DNA from: Epithemia pelagica
Taxonomy: Eukaryota > Protista > Bacillariophyta
NCBI GenBank assembly: GCA_946965045.2
Contig: OX337234.1
Coordinates: 248,001-312,000, forward strand
Direction of reading: 5' to 3'
DNA: 64,000 nucleotides
The notes under the pieces are model-generated. The model had not been told where the DNA came from. It did not search any database and saw only the letters and a list, made by a program, of their open reading frames with translations. Position 1 is the stretch's first letter, and every line of letters starts with the position of its first letter. The translations under genes and the position numbers were made by a program. This document shows, piece by piece, positions 32,686 to 43,400 of the stretch.

Positions 32686-33692
32686 GAACATATAGTCAAA
32701 CGAGAACTATCTACTATACAATACCAAATGAGAGGAACAGTCCTTTATAGTTCTTTGACAACTACGTTCTCCTACTAGAGTAAATCGTATTCCTCTCAAA
32801 CCTTGACGCATGAATGAGGCAACTGGAGGCAAGTGTGGTGGCAAGTGGAGGACCCACAAGCCTGCGGATTGCAAAGGACATGGAGGGTTCTTCTTCTGCT
32901 TGTTGTGGAGTGTTGCCGAGTTGAATGATAGGATAGATATTCTATTCGTGGCGTGCCTTTTGAAAAGGATTGAGAGATGAAGTCTACTATCGCTACCCCT
33001 TGAGATGGAGAGGCGACCCATGCGCGTCTCAAAGACCTCGCCCTTCACTGACGTGGTTTTGGTCGGTGGGTTTCGTTTTTTGGCCATGATTGTCCTCTGC
33101 GAAGATTCGCTGTGTGAAAGCACACATGAGGAGAACGAGTTTATCGTCGCCTGAACAAAGAACCAAGAGAAAAAGCGAGAGTGCTGGAGTGCGCCGATGA
33201 GAGTCATCTGGTGAGATCCAACATGAAACATGAGGGATTGTCCTAGTTTTCGGAGATTTTCTATACCAGAGACGGAGCGATCGACCCGGTAGTATGATGT
33301 CGTATGTACAACTCTCCACCAGAAATGGTATTCAAACGAAGGATGACTGCTACCACACACCGGACCACCGAAAAGGTCCCCTCCACAGGAAGGAGCGACT
33401 CCGTTCTACACTCAAGCCGTATTGGTCGTAGTAGAAGGGGTCTACTAACAGAACCACTATGGGTTGGAAAAATCCTTCGGACAACGGGTCATTGTAGCAA
33501 ACGAATTGGAACAGTGATGGCACCAATTTTCAAGACCTGAATGAATGCTGAGTCAACAACATCTCCCCCGCCCTACAAACGAGGCGCAAGGGACAATCAC
33601 TAGATGCGGTGACGAACCAACAAGACATAAATTGTGATACACAACCTGGTGGACGGATTGTCCAAAAAGAGTGAAACAAACAAGAAATCATC

Positions 33693-34115
33693 ATGAAACT
33701 TTACGTGGCCTCGATGCCCACCATTCTTGTTCTGGCAGTACTTGTTGGAAGGACACCCACGACAGTCCTGGCCACTTCTGGAACAATGGAGGCCGATCCC
33801 CTTCTAGAAGAGGGTAGTGGCAAGAAAGGAGGAGGAAGCAAGGATGATTGTGGTGATGGAAAAGGAGGCAAGGGCATGGGTTCCGGTCGTCGCCGTCGTG
33901 CTCGCAAGAAGAATCGCTCCTTGTCTTCGGGCAAGAGTTGTGGTAAAGATGATGGTGGCGATGCAGCTGGTGGTGAAGAGGTCCTTGCCGGGGTGGTGAT
34001 TGGTTGCGCCGAAGGATCAGCGGCAACAGAAGATGTATTTGACGGCTTTGAGGAGGCCACCATGGTGGATTTCGGACGTGGTCGAGCACCTGGACCGAAC
34101 ATTGGAAATCCGTAA
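33693..34115 (+). CDS. Intact 140-aa secreted Gly/Lys/Arg-rich protein G2' (silica-protein-like motifs)
   Basis: Signal-peptide-like MKLYVASMPTILVLAVLVG, then GKKGGGSK, GKGGKG and RRRRARKKNRSL-SSGK, with an acidic C-terminal half. Confidence 0.65.
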   Translation: MKLYVASMPTILVLAVLVGRTPTTVLATSGTMEADPLLEEGSGKKGGGSKDDCGDGKGGKGMGSGRRRRARKKNRSLSSGKSCGKDDGGDAAGGEEVLAGVVIGCAEGSAATEDVFDGFEEATMVDFGRGRAPGPNIGNP

Positions 34116-34887
34116 TGATGTATAGGATGGATGGTCAACCCAGGATCGTACGACGAAGCGACGCATCATGTATTCATGCGCGGATGTCGTCCCTGGGAAT
34201 GATGCCCTCTGTTTCCACGTTGAATCAATCCGCACAAAAGGCAAGCAATCTGTTCATTCATGTAGATGCTTGTTTGTCGCTGTGGAGTTGTGTGTTTTGA
34301 CGGCGGCGTATCTACGGTTGTGGAAGGATTGTATGCTTCTTTCATGCTGTAGATGTACGATTCATCCCTCGGATCAAAGGTGCATGGGAACCGTACATAG
34401 GCCATGGTCGCTCGAGAGAGAAATGCCACTTTCGGTGAGGAAATGCGGCCGGCGGCAGCATGGATCGTGGAAACAAGCGTTCCTCCACGTTACCCGCCCT
34501 GCCTTGGAACACATACGAATCAGCACCTCTTGTATTCGCTGCCAGTTTGTGGAGGTATCTCTTCTCAACCCACGAAACCGCTCCGTTTCATACCTCGAAT
34601 CCTTTCACACGACAACTATAGTCTGCGTGATGGATTTGGACCAATCAAATCGTGTTTGGTGAAGAACGAGCAAGAATCAGTCATCGGAACAACAGCTAAG
34701 GAACGAGAACGAAACACGATCATGGGTGGGTCGAAACACATTCATCACACCACACATGTGGTTCGTTGGAATGAACACTGGTTGGACTTGACTGCACCCA
34801 CCAAACTGTTCCTGCAAACCTCAATAAAGAAAGCAGTGCTACATCGCTTTGTAGAACCCTTTTGACCTGTTCCACTTGCCTACAGGG

Positions 34888-36012
34888 ATGAAGATCCAGG
34901 AACAAGCGTTGTTGTCAGGGTTGGTCTTTGCTGATAGCAAGGACAAAATAGAACCAAATTGGAGGCCATCTGATAAAAACTGGTCACCACTCTTCGGACG
35001 GCATGTGTGGGGCCACGGGTTGCTTGTTGTTCCTCATCCAAACCTGATACACGACAAGATGGTGGTTCTGTTGGGAGGATGTCCGGGATCTTCTATAACA
35101 AATTTGGTTAGTCTCTTGAAGGTTGGCGAAAACAGGTGGCAAAACGGGACGCCTTTACAAGAAAAACGAGTAGACCTTGCTTCTGTGGTATGCAATGGCG
35201 CTGTTTACGCTATTGGCGGATACAACGGCCACAATGCTTTGGATACTATTGAACGTATCCATGTCGACGATTTACTTCATTCATCATTGTCATCATCTTC
35301 CAAGAACAGCTCCAAGGGATGGAAGATGTTGAAATGTCGTTTGACGAGTAAACGATTTAACTGCGCCGCTGTAGCTGTTTCTGACAGATTTATTGTGGTG
35401 GCGGGGGGATACGTTTCTATTTTCGACAATGTCTTATCATCGGTTGAGATCCTGGACACGGCATCTGGGAACCCGTATTCGTTCATATCGGGGCCATCAT
35501 TGAAAGAAGCTCGAAGAGGATTAGCAATGGCTGTGGTTGGTTCACGCATCTATGCTGTTGGTGGATGGGATGGAATTATCACTTACGGTGATTGCCGGAA
35601 ATCGGTCGAATACCTGGAATTTGGTGACTGGATGGATCCTGTCACATCCACTGTCGCATTGTCCACAAAGTCTTGGACCATCCATACGAAACTTATTTTG
35701 AACTTGCCGAGAGCTGGATTTTCTGCAGTCCAAGTGGGTTCCTGTCTGGTTGTTGCAGGAGGATTCACCGACAGATATGAAGACGTTCATTCTGTGGAGG
35801 TTTTGGATACTGTAAGAAACGTGGTTTGGAAGCTTCCGGACTTGACAATTATTAAGGTGAGGAATGGTTGTGGCATGATATCTTTGTCGAATGGTCTTGC
35901 TGTGATTAGTCGTAATGATGAAATGGAAGTTTCGCGTGAAACACTGTCACTTGTGGACAAGAAGAGTTGGCTTTTTGCACGCTTGTTAGAGATCGGCAAA
36001 GAACCATCCTAA
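34888..36012 (+). CDS. Kelch-repeat beta-propeller protein K4
   Basis: Intact; the first ~150 aa are almost identical to K1. The ORF track starts at TTG 34876. Confidence 0.85.
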   Translation: MKIQEQALLSGLVFADSKDKIEPNWRPSDKNWSPLFGRHVWGHGLLVVPHPNLIHDKMVVLLGGCPGSSITNLVSLLKVGENRWQNGTPLQEKRVDLASVVCNGAVYAIGGYNGHNALDTIERIHVDDLLHSSLSSSSKNSSKGWKMLKCRLTSKRFNCAAVAVSDRFIVVAGGYVSIFDNVLSSVEILDTASGNPYSFISGPSLKEARRGLAMAVVGSRIYAVGGWDGIITYGDCRKSVEYLEFGDWMDPVTSTVALSTKSWTIHTKLILNLPRAGFSAVQVGSCLVVAGGFTDRYEDVHSVEVLDTVRNVVWKLPDLTIIKVRNGCGMISLSNGLAVISRNDEMEVSRETLSLVDKKSWLFARLLEIGKEPS

Positions 36013-37253
36013 GCCGGGCCATCTTTTGTTCTTTTGGAAGCAGTACAACTCGCTCATCCACATGTTTGTCGTTGGACCCTGTGTGGACGTGGTTCTGTGG
36101 TGACAGGCCGTGGGAACTAGGCTTTGAAAACTTTTTATTGTCATGACAGCTTCATCTTCGCATCGATAAGATATTTTCGATCCAGGCAGTAGTTTTAGCT
36201 CTGAGCAAAGCTTATAGTTTTGATATTGTACTCATCCATCCCTTGCCGACACGAACAAGTCTGTGGTGAACTAATGGGGGTACTCCTACTACTAATAGAT
36301 ACCGATGGGACTTTGAGAACTGTCTCGTTTTGTTCGTTCGATTGTTTCCCATCATGAATATGGTCTTCTTGTAGTGGCACCTTTGTGTCAGTTTACTCCT
36401 GCTACTCTATAGAGATACCGATGGGACGTCTAGAACTGTCGCGGTTTGTTTGTTCGATTGTTTCCCATATATGGTCTTCTTGCAGTGGCACCAGAGAGCG
36501 AACTGTATATCAGTATAGGATTCTGTCCCAAGACCGATAGAGCACCATTTCCTCTTTCTAGGCCGAAAACTGAGATCTATAGCCATATACTGCTCTTAGG
36601 AGTAGGTATTAGTCCCTCTCCACATTACGTAGCATGTACAAAAGCGACCGTTCCCCACCCACCGCTACAGCGACGCCATGGCGATGACGCGCAATCATGA
36701 TAACTGTCTCTGTTCGACCGAACCAGAAGAACCAGAGTAGATCTGGAGACTTGGTGTTGGAGGAAGCAAAACGAGAAAATCTAGTAGACTGCCCGCTCAA
36801 GCAAAAAGTGTTTTCTACTGAAGTCGCTTGATCATCCATGCTCCCCGTACCCCTCTGGAACGGGCCGTTTTCCAACAGAGTATCATTTGGGCCTGTCAGA
36901 TCAACGAGCACATCTCAATCTCACGCCTGCCTTCGATCAACAGCGGATCAGCACCTCTTGTGATCCGTCGAGGTGTGCCTTCTTAACCGTCGGAACCGCT
37001 TCGCTTCTTTCTCTGACTCTCCCAATGATGGATTTGGAGTGGTCGAATTGTGTTCCATGAAGAACGAGCACGAATCAACAACAAACTCCATCACGGAACG
37101 AGAACGAAACTGTGAGTCGAAACACATCCATAACACATCTTGTTTGTTCGAAGTAGACTTGACTGCATCCATCACAACGCTCCTGGATGCCACAAAAAGA
37201 AAGCGCTCCTCGTAGAGGAAGGACCTTTTATAGACCTGTTCCACAAAAAAACA

Positions 37254-38429
37254 ATGCCCACAAGGATGGAGATCCAGGAACAAGCTTTGTTGTCAGGCTT
37301 GGTCTTTGCCGACAGCAAGGACAAAACAGAACCACAGTGGAGGCCATCAAGTGATAATTGGCGTCCACTCTTGGAACGACATGTGAGCGACCACGGGTTG
37401 CTTGTCGTTCACCATCCAGACACGACCCATGACAAGATGGTGGTTTTGTTGGGGGGATGGACGGGACGTCCTTTTGATGGCACAACAAATTGGGTTAGTC
37501 TCTTGGATTTTTGCAAAAAAAGGTGGCAAAATGGACCGCCTCTTCAAGAAAAACGAAGAAGTCTTGCTTCTGTGGTATGCAATGGCGCTGTTTACGCCAT
37601 TGGCGGATACAATGGCCACACTGACTTGGATACTATTGAACGTATCCCTGTCAGCGATTTAATTAATTCATCATCGTCATCATCTTCCAGGAGCAGCTCC
37701 AAAGGATGGAAGATGTTGAAGTGTCGTTTGACAAGTAAACGATATAGCTGCGCCGCTATAAATGTTTTGGACAGATTTATTGTGGTGGCGGGTGGATGCA
37801 ATTCAAGTCCCCATATATGCTTATCATCCGTTGATATCCTGGATACGGCATCTGGAAACCCGTGTTCGGTCGTATCGGGGCCATCGTTGCAAGAATGTCG
37901 AAGAGATTTTGCCCTGGCTGTGGTAGGTTCACGCATCTATGCTGTTGGTGGGTTGGGAACCGCCAGTTGCCGTGAATCGGTTGAATGCCTGGAGTTTGAT
38001 GACTGGTTGGATCCTGTCACATCCACTGTCCCATTGTCGACACAGTCGTGGACCATCCATAAGGAACTCATTTTGAACATACCGAGAGCTGGATTTGGTG
38101 CAGTCCAAGTGGGCTCCTGTATTGTTGTTGCAGGAGGATGGGGTGTCAGGGGTTTAGGCGTAGGCGCTGTGGAGGTTGTGGATACCGTGAGAAATACAAC
38201 CTGGGTGCTTCCGGATGTGACAGTAAGTTTGGTGAGGGGTGTTTGTGGCATCATGCCCTTATCGAATTCTCTTGCTGTGATTATCCGTAATAGTCCAATG
38301 GAATTTTGGTGTGAAACACTGTCACTTGTGGACCAGAAGAGTTGGCTTTTTGCACATTTGTTGGATATTGGCAAAGTTCCAACCTCACCTGGGCCATTTT
38401 TTGGAAGCAGTACATCACGCTCATCCTGA
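37254..38429 (+). CDS. Kelch-repeat beta-propeller protein K5
   Basis: Intact positional counterpart of K2. Confidence 0.85.
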   Translation: MPTRMEIQEQALLSGLVFADSKDKTEPQWRPSSDNWRPLLERHVSDHGLLVVHHPDTTHDKMVVLLGGWTGRPFDGTTNWVSLLDFCKKRWQNGPPLQEKRRSLASVVCNGAVYAIGGYNGHTDLDTIERIPVSDLINSSSSSSSRSSSKGWKMLKCRLTSKRYSCAAINVLDRFIVVAGGCNSSPHICLSSVDILDTASGNPCSVVSGPSLQECRRDFALAVVGSRIYAVGGLGTASCRESVECLEFDDWLDPVTSTVPLSTQSWTIHKELILNIPRAGFGAVQVGSCIVVAGGWGVRGLGVGAVEVVDTVRNTTWVLPDVTVSLVRGVCGIMPLSNSLAVIIRNSPMEFWCETLSLVDQKSWLFAHLLDIGKVPTSPGPFFGSSTSRSS

Positions 38430-38679
38430 ACCTCGTCCAAAGTTGTGTTGGATACTATTGGCAAATTCCAACCTCACCTGGGTCATCATTGACATGCTTT
38501 TCTTTGGTTCCTGCGTGAAAGAGGTTCTGTGGCGATGGGCCGTTTTAGCCACCAAGGAATTGAAAACGTGTCGTGGCATGACTTGTTGCAACGTTGAATG
38601 GGAAGAGGCATGAAAAAGGAGAGGAGGATATTAAAAGCTTTATTCCACAAATATGTTGTTCAATCTGTGCCATGGTGTT

Positions 38680-38891
38680 TGTGAAGATATTGGGTCACCC
38701 GGTGCTTCGGGGACATCCCCCGGACGCACACGTCATCAAGGGCACTTTCCGCCTGACGTACCCTACCAATCACTCACCAACACATCGTCTAGGGACACTG
38801 AAAACGTAACGTTATAATACTCTTTTCCCCCTTTTAATTTCATCTCTTTTAGCCCATCCAACTATACGGGGACGACAGTTGGATTTCAACA
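38680..38891 (+). repeat. 5' LTR (212 bp)
   Basis: TGTGAAGATA...ATTTCAACA; matches 44908-45119. Confidence 0.96.
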
Positions 38892-38907
38892 CGCTTCCTC
38901 TGCGCTA
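38892..38907 (+). promoter_or_regulatory. Candidate non-canonical primer-binding site
   Basis: CGCTTCCTCTGCGCTA abuts the LTR, with no TGG. Its reverse complement resembles the D-arm of eukaryotic initiator tRNA-Met. Confidence 0.6.
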
Positions 38908-38972
38908 ACGAAACCAGGATTTGAAGGGAACTACAAGAGTATTACAAGATACGGACTCGCAGGCAAGCAAGA

Positions 38973-40484
38973 ATGGACGGCGGAGACGGCGCTCCTGCAC
39001 CAGGAGGTGGCGGTGGTGATGGAGCACCACCAGTAGGCGGAGGCGGAGGCGGAGGACCAGCACCGCTAGGAGCCGAAGCAGCTGCAATCGTGGGAGCACT
39101 GGGAGCAGCCACGCAAGCAATTCAGCAAGCCATTGCGAACGCCGCCGCGAATGCAGCTGCCGCTGCTGTAGCAGCAGGGGGCGCAGGAGGCGGAGCACCA
39201 GGAGGAGGAGGACCAGGACCATTCCTAAGGACCCCACTCCGAGCCGGAATCGGGCAGCAATTGGATTTCAGTACCAAACAAGGCCGAAAATACTACGAGC
39301 AAGCCACTCGCTCCTTGTTTAGTACGGATGAAAAATTCGATGTGGAACCGAGTCGGTTTCAACTATTCATCAACCTGCTGAATACTCGGGCACGAGATTT
39401 GGGCATGTTGGAGGATGGATCAAACGCAAAGGTCCCACTGGACCTTGCAACACCAGGAGCAAACCAAGTCGACCTCATCAACGACTATGGGCGGGTGACT
39501 CTGGCCCATGTAACGGCATGGGAGCAATCCTTCATCGCAGGGAACAGTCGAAAAAGCCAAGACTCTAAGATGCTGTATGACTTGATCATGAATTCCCTGT
39601 CACCAACAGGAATTCAGCGAATCCAAATCTGGAAGGAGCAGACACAAGTGAATGGCCTGGACGCGGGAGGTTGCCTATTCAAGGTAGTGGTACGAGAGAG
39701 CTACCTCGACTCCCACGCCACAGTCTCGACACTGCGACTCAACTTGTCCAACCTTGACAAGTACATCGAAACTAACGGCAGTGACATAATCGCATTCAAT
39801 GCGTATGTCCAGAGCCAAGTGGATGGCCTATCATCGCGAGGACAAGCGTCGTCCGACCTGATTGTCAATCTCTTCAAGGGATACAAGGCCGTCAACGACG
39901 AACGATTCGCAGCGTACATCCAACAAGTGGAAGACGGACACGAGGATGGGACGGCAACCATCACCGCGGCACGCGATTTAATGATCAAGGCAGTGAACTT
40001 TTACAAGAAACAAGTCACGAGGGACGAGTGGGAGCAACCCACGCAGCACCAGAAGGAAGTGCTAGCCCTCCAAGCGGAGGTGCAATCGCTGAAGAAACGA
40101 GCACCGTCAAAGGGCACAAAATTCGAAAGCAAGAAGGAAGGCCCAGCAAAGAAATCGAGCAACGACAAACATGGAGCCCCGACAAAACCGGAGAAACCAG
40201 CGTGGCTCAAAAACAACGAGAAACCGAAGGCGGACAAAATGCACAAGTTCCGGACATGGAATGGCACCAAATGGTATTGGTGCTCCAGTGAAACCAAGGG
40301 CAAGTGTGACGGACGCTGGAGGACTCACAAGCCGTCCGAATGCCGAGGATATGCGGCAAAGAAGGACTCCTCCAAGAAGAAGGAAGGACAGAAGGAAAAG
40401 AAGACCAAGGATGGGGCACTCAAGCTGGCAGCGGCACACGAGGCGCTCATCGAAGAACAAGAAGACTCGGACTACGACTCCTGA
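38973..40484 (+). CDS. gag: Copia Gag
   Basis: First ORF after the LTR, with a G/A/P-rich N-terminus, a basic region and the variant knuckle WYWC-x7-C-x6-H-x4-C. Confidence 0.85.
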   Translation: MDGGDGAPAPGGGGGDGAPPVGGGGGGGPAPLGAEAAAIVGALGAATQAIQQAIANAAANAAAAAVAAGGAGGGAPGGGGPGPFLRTPLRAGIGQQLDFSTKQGRKYYEQATRSLFSTDEKFDVEPSRFQLFINLLNTRARDLGMLEDGSNAKVPLDLATPGANQVDLINDYGRVTLAHVTAWEQSFIAGNSRKSQDSKMLYDLIMNSLSPTGIQRIQIWKEQTQVNGLDAGGCLFKVVVRESYLDSHATVSTLRLNLSNLDKYIETNGSDIIAFNAYVQSQVDGLSSRGQASSDLIVNLFKGYKAVNDERFAAYIQQVEDGHEDGTATITAARDLMIKAVNFYKKQVTRDEWEQPTQHQKEVLALQAEVQSLKKRAPSKGTKFESKKEGPAKKSSNDKHGAPTKPEKPAWLKNNEKPKADKMHKFRTWNGTKWYWCSSETKGKCDGRWRTHKPSECRGYAAKKDSSKKKEGQKEKKTKDGALKLAAAHEALIEEQEDSDYDS

Positions 40485-43400
40485 CGGTTATGGAGAGAGT
40501 GGGCCAAAGTAAATGTATTAACCATCTATGTTAACATCTACTCCACCCTCTCCTTCATAGCCGCCATAGACATCGTGGCCACGATCCTCATAGAGAGAGC
40601 AGCAAGCACCATCCTAACGACACTCCAGCTACTGCTCCACTACATGATACTCGCAGCAGTAACCATCGTCGAACGGAACGAGGATGAGGACAGCGAAAAT
40701 ACCATGGCAGCACAAGCAGGGATGTCAAAGATACTCCACTACATTGGGAGAGGAACCGAAACGGCAGCAGAATGGCTGGGCAACAGGATCCACACCAAAG
40801 CAAAAGCACACCACCGAAAACACACGCGAACGAAAAGCTCCAACCGAAAACGACTGTGCATGGCAGCCATATTTGCCATGGCAGCCAATTGCAGCGCAAG
40901 ACAATGCGCACCATTTGACTCAGACTCGCGCATGGTTGGCATAGACAATCGATGTTCCGGATGTATTACGCACAAGCGAGAAGACATACCAGGATCAATC
41001 ACCCCATGCAAAAGAGCAATCAAAGGTTTCGGTGGAACGAGGACTTTCAACGTGTGGCAATGCACAATTCATTGGAAATGGGAGGACGATCAAGGCAAAG
41101 TCCACCACATGATCATACCGAACTCGTATTACGTGCCAGAAGGAGGAGTGCGACTGCTGAGCCCGCAGCACTGGGCACAAACACGCAACAATGTTGACAA
41201 ACGGGGAGGAGCAGGCGAGACGACCACAGGAACAGAAGTCGTCCTCTTTTGGAACAACCGGAAGTCACGCCGGACGATCCCAATCGAGTCATACGGCAAC
41301 AACGTGGCGACGTTCAGTCTCGCGAGCGGATACGACAAGTACCACCAGTACTGCAAGTGTGCCGGAATAGACGACCCCGAGTACGACAACAACCCACTGA
41401 CGGAGAACGACGTCGAAGTAAAGCCATCCATAATCTCGGACGACGAGGATGGATCGGAGAACGACGATATCGAACCCGAAAACGAAGCGCCGCCACCAGT
41501 CTGGCACAGCGCCATACAACCAAACGAAGCGGAACCAACTACGGCGGATGGAGAAGCACCGGCACCCAGGACATTCGACATCAACGCCAAGGACGCAGCA
41601 ACACTCGAGGAAACACCCGACATCATCCCCGATGAGGAGGAACGGGTCCCATCAGCAGAAGCCGAGCTACTGAGGTGCCACTACGACTTTGGACACCTAC
41701 CCTTCCCAAAGCTCCAACAGATGGCCAAGGACGGACAGCTGCCTAGACGGCTGGCAAAGTGTCACGTTCCAGTATGCTCAGCATGTGGATACGCCAAGGC
41801 AACCAAGAGGCCATGGCGATCGAAGACGGTCCGAGACAGGGAGGCCGAGGTAAAACCAACCAGGCCAGGCCAAGTGGTATCGGTGGACCAACTTGTGTCA
41901 CCGACTCCTGGACTGATCGCCCAAATGACGGGATTCCTCACTAAACAGAGGTATAACTACGCAACGGTCTATGTGGACCAAGCAACGTCCCTCGGATTCG
42001 TGTACCTGCAACGCACAGCGACAGCGGCAGAAACGATCCAGGGCAAGAAAGCATTTGAGCGGTACGCACTCAACCGTGGAGTCAAGATCGAGGCGTACCA
42101 CGCGGACAATGGAATTTTCAAGGCGAAAGCATGGGTCCAATGCTGCGAGAGGGACGGACAAGAACTCACCTTCGCAGCAGTTGGAGCACACCACGCCAAC
42201 GGGAAGGCGGAACGGCGGATTCGGGAGCTACAAGAGATGGCACGGACGATGTTGATGCACGCACACAAGCGTTGGCCAGAGGCAATCTCGGCACACCTAT
42301 GGCCGTACGCACTGCGCCAAGCGAACCTCTGCATCAACAACTCACCGAACATGCAGCACTCATCAAAGCAAGCACCAATCCAACTTTTCGCACAGACGCC
42401 CGTCAACATCAATCGAAAACACTGGAAACCATTCGGATGTCCAGTGTACGTGTTGAGTGAGGCGCTGCAGTCCGGAAAGCCGCACCACAAATGGAAGGAG
42501 AGAGCACGAATTGGCATCTACCTAGGCCAATCCCCAATCCACAACCGAAACGTGGCCCTAGTGTTGCATCGCCACACAGGACACGTGAGCCCACAGTTTC
42601 ACGTACGGTTCGACAAGGGCTTTGATACGATGAAACAAGAAAAGGTGGAAGCAACCTGGCAAGTCAGCACGTTTTTCAAGACGGCGACAGGAAAGGCGAA
42701 TGGGAAAAAGGACCAGCAACCCAAACCAAGGAAAACGGCAAAGAGAAGCCGGCGGCAAGAGGGAGCCGCACCTGGGATGGAACTGGGAACGCGCGAAATA
42801 AACACTCAACAACAACGAAAGGATCATGACCCAATGCAGGACGGGACGCTGCCGCAAGAGGGAGATCTAACCATGGAACAACCTGAAAATGCACAACAGA
42901 CTCCAGCGACTAGCCAGGAAAGGAGAGAAGTGCAAAGTCAGAGGGAGCAGACGAGTGCTCCTCCCCAGACACCAACCATTCGCACCCGATCCGGAAGGAT
43001 CAGGAAGCCCACACAACGACTCATTGAGGTGATGAGCGCTGAAACAGAGGACGAGGAAATAATCCCAGGCGAAATATTCACCTACGCCACCCTCTGCCCT
43101 CAAGATGACATGGTGGCCGAGGACGGGCTACTGGCCTACAAGACCATGATCAAGCACGAGGCCGCGAAAAAGCGAGCGAAAGAGAGCAAGAAACGAAGGA
43201 AAGCCACCAAGCAACAATCAAAGCTGAACCCGATAGCCTTCAAAGCGGCAATTTCCGACCCCGATACGATGTATCATCACGAGGCGATGGCGCAGGAAGA
43301 TAGCGCCCAGTTCGTGCAGGGGATGCAAAAGGAAATGGACCGGCAGATGGAGGATGGGAACTTCTCGATTGTGCACCGAAGCAAGATCCCCAAAGGGACA

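Noticed and set aside
40509-40560. GT...AG mini-intron between gag and pol
   Set aside because: It lies downstream of the gag stop and its 52-nt length would break the shared frame.
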